This document shows, piece by piece, positions 29,086 through 39,158 of a DNA stretch of 64,000 nt. Position 1 is the stretch's first letter. The number at the start of each line of letters is the position of its first letter. A model generated the notes under the pieces. The model worked only from the letters and a program-made list of their open reading frames with translations, made no database searches and was not told the origin of the DNA. A program made the translations under genes and the position numbers. The stretch is from positions 137,187 through 201,186 of the forward strand of contig JBBILD010000006.1 in the NCBI GenBank assembly GCA_037445065.1, read 5' to 3'. Origin of the DNA: Myxococcales bacterium. Lineage in GTDB: Bacteria; Desulfobacterota; Binatia; HRBIN30.

Positions 29086-29776
29086 AACCAGCTCGGCTTC
29101 GTGCCGCGTACCACTCAGCCCAATCCCAATCGTCCGGCCGGGTAAGCTTTCGGTTGGTCTCTTCCCCGGGGACCACGTGCACGGGGAACCCGGCTGCTTC
29201 TAGCAGTTGAGCCTCGTCGGTGGCTTGGAGCCCGCAAGTTTGGGCATGAGCAATCGCTGTCACGAGCCAGTCCCGGCGGCTTACCTGTGGGGTTTGCGCG
29301 TGCCAGAGACAGCTCCGGTCTACGGTATGATGGATGACGCCTGCCTCTACCCACTTGATGGTATCCGTGACCGGGATGGCGAGAATGGCGCTCCCATGCG
29401 ATCGGGCGCCCCGAACACACGCCTCCACCGCCGCCCGGGTCACGAACGGGCGCGCCGCATCATGGACCAGAACCAGCTCATTGCTGGGATCGCTAGCGGC
29501 CAAGCCAGCGGCGACCGAATCGGCCCGCTCGGCACCGCCTGCAACCACTCGCAGGCGAGGCTGTTCCTGTGAATGCCCTTCCAACGCTGCCAGAAACGAA
29601 TCAAGCGCATCACCCGGCGCGACAATGACGATTTCCGTGATGCCCGAAACTTGCTGAAGGGTTACCAAAGAATGCAAGAACAGGGGCTTGCCACCGAGCG
29701 GACGGAGAGCCTTGGGCAAGCCTCCGCCCATCCGCATTCCGCGGCCGGCGGCGGCCAAGATGGCTGAAAGCGGCAC
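29039..29776 (-). CDS. ispD: 2-C-methyl-D-erythritol 4-phosphate cytidylyltransferase
   Basis: ILAAAGRGMRMGGGLPKALRPLGGKPL...VLVHDAARPFV... Confidence 0.85.
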   Translation of the reverse strand: MPLSAILAAAGRGMRMGGGLPKALRPLGGKPLFLHSLVTLQQVSGITEIVIVAPGDALDSFLAALEGHSQEQPRLRVVAGGAERADSVAAGLAASDPSNELVLVHDAARPFVTRAAVEACVRGARSHGSAILAIPVTDTIKWVEAGVIHHTVDRSCLWHAQTPQVSRRDWLVTAIAHAQTCGLQATDEAQLLEAAGFPVHVVPGEETNRKLTRPDDWDWAEWYAARSRAGSTSSENSRIREQSPR

Positions 29777-29821
29777 GGAACTCGGCCTGCGCTCAAGAAC
29801 TCAAATCCTCGGGTGCCGGGC

Positions 29822-30310
29822 TCACTGGGCGAAAATCTGGTTTAATTCTTCGAGCACTTTCTCTTCGGGGTGCGACTTGGCAATCGAGATTTCTTTGACG
29901 AGAAGGTTCCGCGCTAAGTCCAGCATTTTTCGTTCCCCGAAGGAAAGCTCTTTGTCGCTGCGCAAGATGCTCAAATCGCGCAGGACCGTAGCAATTTCGA
30001 GCACGGATCCTGTTTTGATCTTCTCTGTGTACTCGCGGTAGCGCCGATTCCAAGTCTGCTGATCCATGGGCTTCTTTACTTTCCGCTCCCGCAGAATCTT
30101 GTAAATCTTATTGACCATGTCTTTGCCGATCACTCGGCGCAGGCCCACCGCTTCGACACTGTCGGTCGGGATCATGATGGTCATTTGGTTGTCCAAGATG
30201 CGGAGCATGTAAAACGTCTTTTGCGTGCCTTGGATCACCCGAGTTTCGATGCTTTCGATGACCCCAACCCCGTGAGCCGGGTAGACGACCTTTTCGCCGA
30301 CTTTGAACAT
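29822..30310 (-). CDS. carD: CarD/CdnL family transcriptional regulator
   Basis: MFKVGEKVVYPAHGVGVIESIE...TFYMLRIL (CarD_CdnL_TRCF domain). GGGGAGGAG RBS. Candidate promoter TTGCAA-17-TACTTA at 30353-30381 on the minus strand. Confidence 0.9.
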   Translation of the reverse strand: MFKVGEKVVYPAHGVGVIESIETRVIQGTQKTFYMLRILDNQMTIMIPTDSVEAVGLRRVIGKDMVNKIYKILRERKVKKPMDQQTWNRRYREYTEKIKTGSVLEIATVLRDLSILRSDKELSFGERKMLDLARNLLVKEISIAKSHPEEKVLEELNQIFAQ

Positions 30311-30586
30311 CGCCTGCTCCTCCCCTGGCCCAATGAGCCGCGGATTGACGAGTTGGTCTTCTTAAGTACCTATAAATCCAGCTTTTTGCAACTCGGGCGC
30401 GTTTTTTGCGGCGGCCCGCCGGCGTTGCAGCGAGCGCTCGGTGCACAAGCTTTCCCAGCTTTCCAGCCGAATTCTCGACCGCCGGCGCTGTTTTGGTTGC
30501 GCAGGGAGAATCTCTGGCTCGATAGGTTGAGCCCCCCACTGAATCGTAGTAGAGGCGACCCAGTTCAGGCGGAGGGAGCCGACGGT

Positions 30587-32935
30587 ATGGAGCGGTACAT
30601 TCGTTTCATTGTGGCTCAGCGGCGTTGGGTCATTGCGGGGACGGTGCTGGTGACGGTTGCTGCCATTGCCCAGTTCCGTCACCTCCACCTCGAGATCCGC
30701 CGGCGAGCCAATCTTCCTGACCACCACCCGTACGTACAGGTGCAAAACAAGATCACTGATATCTTCGGGGGCGAAGGGGTGGTGATCATCGGCGCTGCTG
30801 CTACCCGGGGCACAATTTACACGCCAGAGTTTCTGGGCAAAGTTTTTCGGGTTTGCGATCGGCTGGCGCGGACTGAAGGCGTAATTCCGACGAACCTGTT
30901 TTGCATGGGTGCCCCGGTGGTGAAAACGATTCAGTCCACCGGCGACGACATGGAAGTGCGCCCCCTGATGGAGCGTGCCCCTGGCAACCAGGCCGAGGTA
31001 GACGAGGTACGCCGCCGCATCGAGGCCGATCCTCTCTTGCGGGAGAATCTGGTGTCCAAGGACGGTACCGCCACCGTGCTGGTGGTGGAGTTCGACGACA
31101 AACTCAACGAACAACAAATCTTCGCCAAAGTCCAAGAAATCGTGGCCCCTGAACGGGATGACACTGTTCGCTTCGCGCTTGCTGGGGCGCCAGTGCTGCG
31201 CGCGTGGCTTGCTAAGTACACGCGCTTGATTGGCGTTCTCTTGCCAGCGGCAGTGGTGGTGATCGGGCTTGTCCATTTCGAAGCGTTCCGCACGCTCCAG
31301 GGCATGATCCTGCCCTTGGTCACCGCCATTTTGAGCGTGGTGTGGGCGCTCGGGATCATGGGGCTGAGCGGGCAACCCATGGACACCTGGAGCGCCATGA
31401 CTCCGGTAGTCATCCTGGCCGTGGCAGCGGGGCACGCGGTGCAAATCCTCAAACGATATTACGAGGAGTTTGCCATTGTGCGGGATAGCCACGAGGCGAT
31501 TGTCCGCTCGATCGTGGCAGTGGGTCCCGTGATGATGGTGGCTAGCGTGATCGCCGCCGCGGGCTTTGCCTCCCTCACGACGTTCGGGATCACCAGCGTG
31601 CGGGTTTTTGGCCTGCTTATGGCGAGCGGCATTCTCAGCGCCTTGGTGATCGAGCTGACCTTCACCCCAGCGTGCCGCGCCATGCTGCCGGCCCCAAAGC
31701 TCAGAGAAACGGCGAGAGAACAGTCGCACGGTTGGCTGGATCGTTTGCTTGAAGCTCTAGCCCGCCTGGTGTCGCAGCGGCCGCGGGCGGTACTGGGCAC
31801 GGCGGCCGTGGTGTTCCTCGTTGCCCTGCTCGGGACCACGCGGATCCGAGTGGACAACAGCTTCCGCTACTGGTTTGCGCCCTCGACCCAAGTACGGCTC
31901 GACGACGCCTTTCTCAACGAGAAGTTGCCAGGCACGGCTTCGCTGCGCATTCTGATCGAAGGTAAGGAAGAGAACGTCCTGCAGCGTCCCGACGTGCTGC
32001 GAGCCATGGACGATCTGGAAGCCTTTTTGGCAGCCGACCCGCACCTGGGCGCAATTAATTCGATCGTAGGGCGCGTCAAGCGCATGCATCAAGCGATGCA
32101 TGGCGATGACCTGGCTGCGTACACAATCCCGGACAATCCGCGCCTCATCAGCCAGTACCTGCTGCTCTACAGCATGTCCGCCGGCCCGGACAGCTTGAGC
32201 GCCTTTGTGGATGCGAATTACCAGCGGGCAGTGATTCGCGCCTTGAGCAAAACCGACACAGCCGCTTACTCGCGCGAATTGATTGCCAGGTTGCGCGCTT
32301 TTGTCGAGCAACGCTTCCGTGGCCTTCCAGTCGAGGTGGGTTTGGTGGGCGGTACGCTCGGCGTGCAGACGGCGATGAACGACGTGGTTGTGCACGACAA
32401 GATCGTCAATATGATCCAGATCGCGGTCATCATTTTTGTCCTGGCCAGTGTCGTACTTCGCTCGCTGGTGGGTGGCGCAATCGTGTTGCTCCCGCTCACC
32501 CTCGCGGTGACCTTCAACCTGGGTCTGATGGGATGGTCGCAGATCTGGCTCGACATGACCACCGCGGCCATCACCGCCATGGGCGTGAGCATTGGAGCAG
32601 ACTTCGCCATCTACCTCATTTTCCGCATTCGCGAGGAGATGCGCCGGCGCGGGGATTTTCAGGAGGCGGTTCGCGCGGCTCTGCGCACCTCGGGTAAGGC
32701 GATTTTCTTCGTGTCGTCGGCTGTGGCCTTGGGATACATGGTGCTGCCGCTTTCTGGCTTCAGCCTGTGGATTCGCTTGGGGGCACTCACGGCGCTGATC
32801 GTATCGGTGAGCGCGCTGGCCGCGGTCACGATCCTTCCCGCCATCGCGTTGCTCGGTCGACCGCGGTTTCTCGTGGCCCGGGGTGGCGGGGAGGCGGTGG
32901 TGACGGAGCCGAAACAGATCGCCGTCCCCAGTTGA
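30587..32935 (+). CDS. MMPL/RND superfamily exporter
   Basis: Two 6-TM bundles separated by large periplasmic loops, typical MMPL layout. GGAGGGAG RBS 8 nt before ATG 30587; the tracked ORF begins at 30185. Confidence 0.85.
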   Translation: MERYIRFIVAQRRWVIAGTVLVTVAAIAQFRHLHLEIRRRANLPDHHPYVQVQNKITDIFGGEGVVIIGAAATRGTIYTPEFLGKVFRVCDRLARTEGVIPTNLFCMGAPVVKTIQSTGDDMEVRPLMERAPGNQAEVDEVRRRIEADPLLRENLVSKDGTATVLVVEFDDKLNEQQIFAKVQEIVAPERDDTVRFALAGAPVLRAWLAKYTRLIGVLLPAAVVVIGLVHFEAFRTLQGMILPLVTAILSVVWALGIMGLSGQPMDTWSAMTPVVILAVAAGHAVQILKRYYEEFAIVRDSHEAIVRSIVAVGPVMMVASVIAAAGFASLTTFGITSVRVFGLLMASGILSALVIELTFTPACRAMLPAPKLRETAREQSHGWLDRLLEALARLVSQRPRAVLGTAAVVFLVALLGTTRIRVDNSFRYWFAPSTQVRLDDAFLNEKLPGTASLRILIEGKEENVLQRPDVLRAMDDLEAFLAADPHLGAINSIVGRVKRMHQAMHGDDLAAYTIPDNPRLISQYLLLYSMSAGPDSLSAFVDANYQRAVIRALSKTDTAAYSRELIARLRAFVEQRFRGLPVEVGLVGGTLGVQTAMNDVVVHDKIVNMIQIAVIIFVLASVVLRSLVGGAIVLLPLTLAVTFNLGLMGWSQIWLDMTTAAITAMGVSIGADFAIYLIFRIREEMRRRGDFQEAVRAALRTSGKAIFFVSSAVALGYMVLPLSGFSLWIRLGALTALIVSVSALAAVTILPAIALLGRPRFLVARGGGEAVVTEPKQIAVPS

Positions 32936-33075
32936 GTCGTTGGCTTCTACATGGGCTTGTGCCCAATGGGTGCCAGGAACGGTACCCGTTTGCGCTGTTT
33001 GCCTCAGGCTCCGCGGCTTGACTCACTGCTGCCAGCGCGGAACGATGCGTGACACGCGTCAGCTTGGAGGTAGCG

Positions 33076-34020
33076 ATGCAAGAGCAGGCACACCACGACT
33101 ATTTGCACCCGAACACGGGCGAGCCGAACTTCAATGAGAGCATGTACTTCAACTTTTACGACCGCCGCTCACGGTGGGGAGGCTTCGCCCGGATTGGCAA
33201 TCGTCCCAACGAAGGATACGCCGAGGTGACCCTTGCCCTGTACCGCCCGGATGGAACGGCACTATTCAACTACAAGCGCCCGGAGATCGCCGACAACCGT
33301 GCCCTTGCTGCTGGAGGCATGGAGTTTTCCATTCTCGAGCCTGGACGCCACTTGCGCGTGCGGTATCGAGGGAATGCAGTCTACCTGGCGCAACCGCGAG
33401 AGCTCGAGGACCCTCGTCGGGCTTTCACCGTGAATCCATATCGTTCTGTGGAACTCGACCTCGATTTTTACGGCCTGAGCCCCATGTACGGAGGTGAAAC
33501 TGAGGCACAAAGCGAGGCTCTGGTCTTCGCGCGCGGCCACACCGAGCAGCACGTTCGCGCCAGCGGTACTCTCACCGTAGAGGGCGAAACCGTGCCGATT
33601 TCTGGGCTCGGCCTGCGGGATCATTCCTGGGGACCGCGTTCTTGGCAGTCTCCCGCGTTTTACCGCTGGCTCACATGCCAATTCGACGAGTCCTTCGGCT
33701 TCATGGGTTCCCACATCCACTTACAAAACGGCGCCGATCTTATGTCCGGGTTTGTGTACCGGGAAGGGAAGAACGACTTGGTCCATGCCCTTCGCATCGA
33801 CACGGAGTGGGAAGAAGGTGCTCCCTACCAGAAAGCTTTGAGGGTGGAACTGCATACCGGGAGCGGCAAACTGCAGGTGAGTGGCGAGGTGTTGAGCATG
33901 TTGCCCCTGCGCAATCGGCGCGAAGGGAAAGTGACGAGAATCGCCGAGGGACTCACGCGGTGGCGTTGCGGATCGCAAGAAGGCTACGGCTGGGCCGAGT
34001 ACCTGGACCAGATAGGCTAG
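33076..34020 (+). CDS. hypothetical protein (possible CrtC/AttH-like beta-sandwich; weak)
   Basis: GGAGGT RBS before ATG 33076. No motif recognised with confidence. ESMYFNFYD and RDHSWGPR are loosely CrtC/AttH-like. Confidence 0.5.
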   Translation: MQEQAHHDYLHPNTGEPNFNESMYFNFYDRRSRWGGFARIGNRPNEGYAEVTLALYRPDGTALFNYKRPEIADNRALAAGGMEFSILEPGRHLRVRYRGNAVYLAQPRELEDPRRAFTVNPYRSVELDLDFYGLSPMYGGETEAQSEALVFARGHTEQHVRASGTLTVEGETVPISGLGLRDHSWGPRSWQSPAFYRWLTCQFDESFGFMGSHIHLQNGADLMSGFVYREGKNDLVHALRIDTEWEEGAPYQKALRVELHTGSGKLQVSGEVLSMLPLRNRREGKVTRIAEGLTRWRCGSQEGYGWAEYLDQIG

Positions 34021-34124
34021 CCTTCGCTCCGCGGAGCCGAACCCCTTTCTCCCGACCAAGAGGCGCGCTACGTTTGAGGCGCGTGTCTGCTTCGTTGATC
34101 GAGGCAAATGGTTCTTTGAGTTGT

Positions 34125-34471
34125 GGGGGCGATCTGGTTTCGACGGAGGTGAGAAGGTACGTGGTTGCGTGCCCGGGAGCCTGGGTACCGGTGAACAACC
34201 CCAGGGCTGCATAAACGCAGACGAACCGCTTGCTCTGGCTGCCTAAAGCGCAGTCACGTCTCCCCGACTCGAGCCCGTAGGGTCGGGTGAGGCGTCGCAA
34301 ATCGGGCTAAGCGGTGGTGGCTGCTCGGACACCACCGACGAAAACGTACGAGCTGGCACTTGGATTCCCCGCCCGTGGGGCCGCCAAGTGCGAGAATCAA
34401 ACGCGTGGCTACGCACGTAGAGACCACGGCTGACTGCCTCCGGACGGGGGTTCGATTCCCCCCGCCTCCAC
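34125..34471 (+). ncRNA. ssrA: tmRNA (ssrA)
   Basis: 5' GGGGGCGATCTGGTTTCGACGG. Tag reading frame ...GCAGACGAACCGCTTGCTCTGGCTGCCTAA (..ADEPLALAA*). 3' T-arm/acceptor GGACGGGGGTTCGATTCCCCCCGCCTCCAC. CCA is not encoded. Confidence 0.85.
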
Positions 34472-34480
34472 TTTCTTCAC

Positions 34481-34530
34481 GGCCGCCCGCGATTGCCGTT
34501 CCACTTGCGCAGCGGGCGGCCGCTGTTTTT
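34481..34530 (+). terminator. rho-independent terminator after ssrA
   Basis: GGCCGCCCGC ... GCGGGCGGCC stem followed by GCTGTTTTT. Confidence 0.6.
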
Positions 34531-34639
34531 CGAGGACTTCGGGAAACCGCTTCTCTGGACGGGCGGCGCGGAAACATGTGGTCTGGACGCGACCGCGGCG
34601 GCCATGTGGACGCTGTGACAGTAGAGGGCGCAGCTCAGC

Positions 34640-35503
34640 TTACTGTGTCGCAGCGACTTGGCTCACGGTCTTCGCTAGGTCCGCTCGGGCTGCCTCCATT
34701 CCTTGACGGAGTGCCGCGAAGTGCCAGGCAAAGAAGGAATAGGGGTCCACGCCTGGTTCTTGCAGGACGGGCACCGAAAAGCGCGTACCGTTGTGGGTAG
34801 AGGCAACCAACTCCTCGTCGGTCGTCCTGGCGATGCGCAAGATCGTGTTGTCCAAGTCGTACTGCCAGAGGGTCTGGTCCGACTGGCGGTCCCGCAATGT
34901 CAGCGTTGCCTTGACGACGGCCCCGGTTGTGCCGCAGTAAACAGGGTTCATGAAGGCGTGCAGCGCGTACACGGCCGGGCCCAGCATATACGTGGTCCGC
35001 GTCATGAACAGGGTGGAATCGTGCAGCACTCCGGTCAGCTCGTACCGAATGTGGTCGAGGGCAGGTGCTTCGTCTTCGAACAACACGAAATCCGCAATGC
35101 CGCTAGCGCGCAGGTCTTTCGCCACGGCCCGCGCCAGGCTGCGCGCCAGAGTGTAGCCCGTACTGGCGGCGGTGCTCTCAGCGGAAGCGGTTGCGCCCAA
35201 GGTTCTGTCTGCCTGTTGGCGGGCTTGCATCTCGCTCAGGATTTCATCCAGCCGTTCGTACTTGGCCGAGGCTACGGGCAAAAGCGGAATCCAAGTCACG
35301 GCATGGAAAAAGCGACTCACCTCGCTTTTGCGAGGCGGTCGCTGGTCCACCCAGGCCCACACCACAAGCCCGCCCCGGAGCAGTGGCTCCGTCGCCACTG
35401 GTGGCGGGGGGACATAGCCTGTACCCAAATTGCCCGTACTCGCGCACCCGAGTAGCCCAGCGACACCCAAACTAACGAGCCCGAAACGCTTGCGTCGCCT
35501 CAT
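34640..35503 (-). CDS. lipoprotein, function unknown
   Basis: AGGAGG RBS 7 nt before ATG 35503. Signal peptide with lipobox MRRRKRFGLVSLGVAGLLGCAS. Confidence 0.6.
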   Translation of the reverse strand: MRRRKRFGLVSLGVAGLLGCASTGNLGTGYVPPPPVATEPLLRGGLVVWAWVDQRPPRKSEVSRFFHAVTWIPLLPVASAKYERLDEILSEMQARQQADRTLGATASAESTAASTGYTLARSLARAVAKDLRASGIADFVLFEDEAPALDHIRYELTGVLHDSTLFMTRTTYMLGPAVYALHAFMNPVYCGTTGAVVKATLTLRDRQSDQTLWQYDLDNTILRIARTTDEELVASTHNGTRFSVPVLQEPGVDPYSFFAWHFAALRQGMEAARADLAKTVSQVAATQ

Positions 35504-36385
35504 CGGAACCCCTCCTTTCTTTTTGAAAAGAACGGCTTTGCTCTTCGACAACGTAGCCGTTTGGGATGCGGTGGCAGCCAGGAATACAGAGCTCGGAATT
35601 CTGCCCTTATTTGCTGTGACAGCAATTCATGGTAAGTTTGGATTCCAGATCGGGGCATTGATTGCAAGAAGTCGGAAGAAAAAATTTTCTATCGAACTGT
35701 CGGGCGGGCCCCCAAGGACGCACCAGAGAGTCGCGAGTGTTTCTGATGGTGCGCCCGCAGCATTTCGAGCAGCAGCCGGCCCGAGTCTGCGCCTCTCAAG
35801 ATCGGAAGAGCGAGGCAAGGCTGAGGAAAAGACCGAAGGGATCTCCCAGAGCGCGCTTTGAGGCGAGACCATCGGTAGTGAGCGGATGAGCTTTGTGCTC
35901 GGGCCAGGCTTGCTAGGGCCGCGACCGCCGAGCACGGAGTGGCGCGCCGCGTTTGTCCTGCTCTTCAACTTGGCTCGCTGCTGGGTGCTTTAGCAGAGCG
36001 AAACCTCCACGAAGTAGCGACCGCTTCTGTGGCGAAATGTTGTCTGCTGATTTGGGAGCGCATCCGTTTGGGATCTTCGGAAAGTTCCCGCCCTGATCCA
36101 GCGCGGGCCTTGGCGCCGTGCGTTCCAGAATGGTGGTCAGACCGGCGAGACGCTGGGCACCCGCATGTTAAGGCGGCGCTTGTCCGTGTGACTTCGAGCC
36201 CCGCCGCTACTGGTCCTCGATCAGCCACTGCCTTGGCAGCGTAGCCTGGTCCCGTGCCGCCAATCGCTCCGTGTACCGTAAAAAAACTTTCTCGATTCGT
36301 TGACCTCGTTTGCCGGGATCGGGTAGGGCGCCAAAGCAGTAGCCCGGGAGGGTCGAATCATGCTTGACCGTGCTGTGCTTTTGGC

Positions 36386-39137
36386 ATGCCCGGCCGGGGT
36401 GGTTCGCGCCTTGTGGCCTCCGCACGCTTCGTTCTGCCTGGGAGCGCACTGGCAGCGTTGGCCGCCCTCGGCTTCCGGGGCGACAACGGCGGGGAGCGGC
36501 AGGCGGCGTGGCGAGCGGCGGATTTCGTGGCCTTCAGAACGGTGGAGGCCACGCGCGCTGGGACGGGTGCGAAGTCTCCCGTCCCCGCTCTGTTCGAAGC
36601 AGGCCGTGTACAGGCTGCGCCGCGGCAGGGACCTTCGGCATTGCCGCCGTTGGTGCAGGCGGCGGTGTCCAGAGCAGTAGGTAAGGATCGCGCCCAATTT
36701 CATGCGCGCCAGGAGTTGCAGAGCGACGCGATTCGCTTCGCGCAGCCCGGGCGAGGTCTCGAGGCAGAACTGCGCCCAGAGCACGGGCTGACGGTAAGGA
36801 GCGTGTCTGGCCACCAATGGGGCCTGGAACTGACGCGTTGGGGCTGTGGGAAAGATTTGCGCTCTGCCGGGCCGGTAACCGAGCAGCACCTGCTGGCAAA
36901 CGAAGTCACGTGGGTCCGGAACGGAGGCGGCCTCCGCGAGTGGTATGTGCATGGGCCGTTCGGGATTCAGCAGGGCTTCACGGTCGTGAGCGCGGGTGAG
37001 TCTTGTAGGCGCGAGGCGGCGGATGAGCTGGTACTCGAACTCCAGGTGCGTGGCAGCGTGATCGGCGAACCCGAGCAAGATTGGCGGAGCGTGCTCTGGC
37101 GCGACGCAAGGACGCAAGAGCCCGTCGTCCGCTATTCGGGTCTCATTGCATACGATGCGAACCACCGAGCGCTGCCGGCACGCATGGAGTTGGGGCGGGA
37201 CACGTTGGAGCTGCGGGTGGCGCTGGCGGGGGCGGAGTATCCAGTAGTGGTGGATCCGTTCGTGCAGGAGGCCAAGCTTACCGCAGCAGGCACTGCAGGC
37301 TTGGCCTTGTTCGGAGCGTCAGTGGCAATTGACGGAGACACGATCGTTGTCGGGGCGCCGGGCGTGGACTTTGATGTCGGGGCTGCGTACGTGTTCGAAA
37401 AACCAGCCTCTGGTTGGAACATCACGTCTACCTACTCGGCCAAGCTCACTCCCACGTTCGACGACACGTTTTTGCCTGAAGGGTTCGGTTACGCCGTCGC
37501 CATCTCCGGCAATACGATCGTCGTGGGGGCTCCGTTTTCCACGGTGCACGAGGCGCTCATGATGAAAGAGGCGATCGGCTTGGCGTATGTATACGTGAAA
37601 CCGGATACGGGCTGGGCCGACATGACCGAAACGGCCCGGCTCCGGCCAAGCGATGCCGGCTCGGTCGAGGACTTCTTCGGCTACTCGGTCGCCATCGAAG
37701 GCGACACAATCGTCGTGGGCGCTCCATCTCACACGCCGCCCCCCCGGGGGCGAGGCGTTGCAGTTCAATGGATCCACATACGTCTTCGTGAAGCCCGAAT
37801 CGGGTTGGTCCAACATGACTGAGACTGCCAAGCTCGAAGCAGAAGGAAAGTGGTTGGGTGCCTCGGTGGGCATCAGCGGTGACGTTGTTGTGGTGGGTGC
37901 CCCACTCCATGATCTTGAAGAAAGAGTGAATGCGGGCGCCGCGTACGTGTTTGCACGGCCCGCCGGCGGGTGGACTGGACATGTGCCGCCAGTTGCGAAG
38001 CTTACCGCCTCCGACGGGGAAGCGGGGGATCAACTGGGGCACAGCGCGGCCATCGATGGCGATACCATCGTCGTCGGCACCTTGTTCGACGACGTTGATG
38101 GAAGTGCGGACTAAGGTTCCGTTTATGTGTTTGCCCGCCCGAGCGGTGGCTGGCAGGACACGACGGAAACAGCCAGGCTGACGACCTCGGACGGGGCAGC
38201 CGAAGATTGGTTCGGGCTTGGCTTGGCGATCGAGCACGATACGATCGTTGCGGGAGCGCAGCAACACGACGTTGATAGTGCTTCGAATCAAGGCGCTGCT
38301 TACGTGTTCCTCAGGCCCTCGGGTGGCTGGGCAACGGCGACAGAGGACGGCAAGCCGTTGGCGTCGGATGGGCAAGCTGACGCCAACTTTGGTGTGTCCA
38401 TCGGTTTATCGGGCGGGGTGCTAGTGGCGGGTGCGCTCTTTCACGACCAGAACGGGAACGTAGATCAGGGCTCCGCCTATGTTTTCGCCCGGGAGTTGGA
38501 GCCCCCTTCTCCAACGCCGACCTCGAGTGCGACCCCAACCCCAACCCGGACCCCGACGCCGACCCTGACCCCGACGCTGACCCCGAGCGGCGCTTGCCCA
38601 GCGCTGCCGCGGCTCGACTGCGATCTACCAGCGCGAGCGTCTTTGTGGCTCCGCGACTCTCTCCTCGATCGCGGCGACCGGTTCGCTCTCCGCTTGTTGC
38701 GCAGTGCCCCGAAGCGCAAGCGGGCTGAGTTAGGCGACCCGACCGAAAGCGCGACGTACTCGGTCTGCATGTGGCAAGGTACGGAACCGATGGCACAAAT
38801 GCGAGCGTGGGATCGGAGGAAGTGGACCTCCGGGCCGCGCGGTTATCGGTACATTGATCGCTCGGCATTGAGTGACGGACTCGTCCTGCTCGGTTTGCGG
38901 ACTGGCGGCGATAGGTCGGCCAGAAGGACGCGCGTGATCGCCTTCGGCAGGGGGGTAGCCTTGCCGGAAGTGGCACTTCCCCTGAGCCTGCCGGTGCAGC
39001 TCACGGTTCAAGTGGTGGAGTCAGAGAGTGGCGTCTGCTTTGGCCAAACGTTTACCGATGCTCAGGTGATTGAAAACCGTGAGGATCCCACCGGGCGAAC
39101 ACGGGTGTTTCGAGCCGAACGGCCCAAGGCGCCGTAA
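36386..39137 (+). pseudogene. FG-GAP (integrin-alpha-like) repeat protein, disrupted by a frameshift and a nonsense codon
   Basis: About 9 repeats of the form FGxSVAIxGDTIVVGAP....GAAYVF spread over three tracked ORFs (36386..37822, 37653..38114, 38127..39137). The frame changes inside CCCCCCCGGGGG at about 37735-37750. An in-frame TAA at 38112 sits where sibling repeats have CAA (VDQGSAYVF). C-terminus has a PT linker plus an unknown Cys-containing domain. Confidence 0.65.
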
Positions 39138-39158
39138 CGGCAGGGTACGGCCTGACGC

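Noticed and set aside
30362-31729. 455-aa minus-strand ORF
   Set aside because: Antisense to the MMPL transporter. His/Arg-rich junk translation.
34095-34123. TTGATC-17-GAGTTG as the ssrA promoter
   Set aside because: The -10 is weak and it abuts the mature 5' end. tmRNA is processed from a precursor by RNase P, so the TSS should lie further upstream.
36360-36684. Two roughly 106-aa ORFs overlapping the FG-GAP gene start
   Set aside because: Alternative frames of the same region with R/A-rich translations. The 36386 frame continues into clear FG-GAP repeats.
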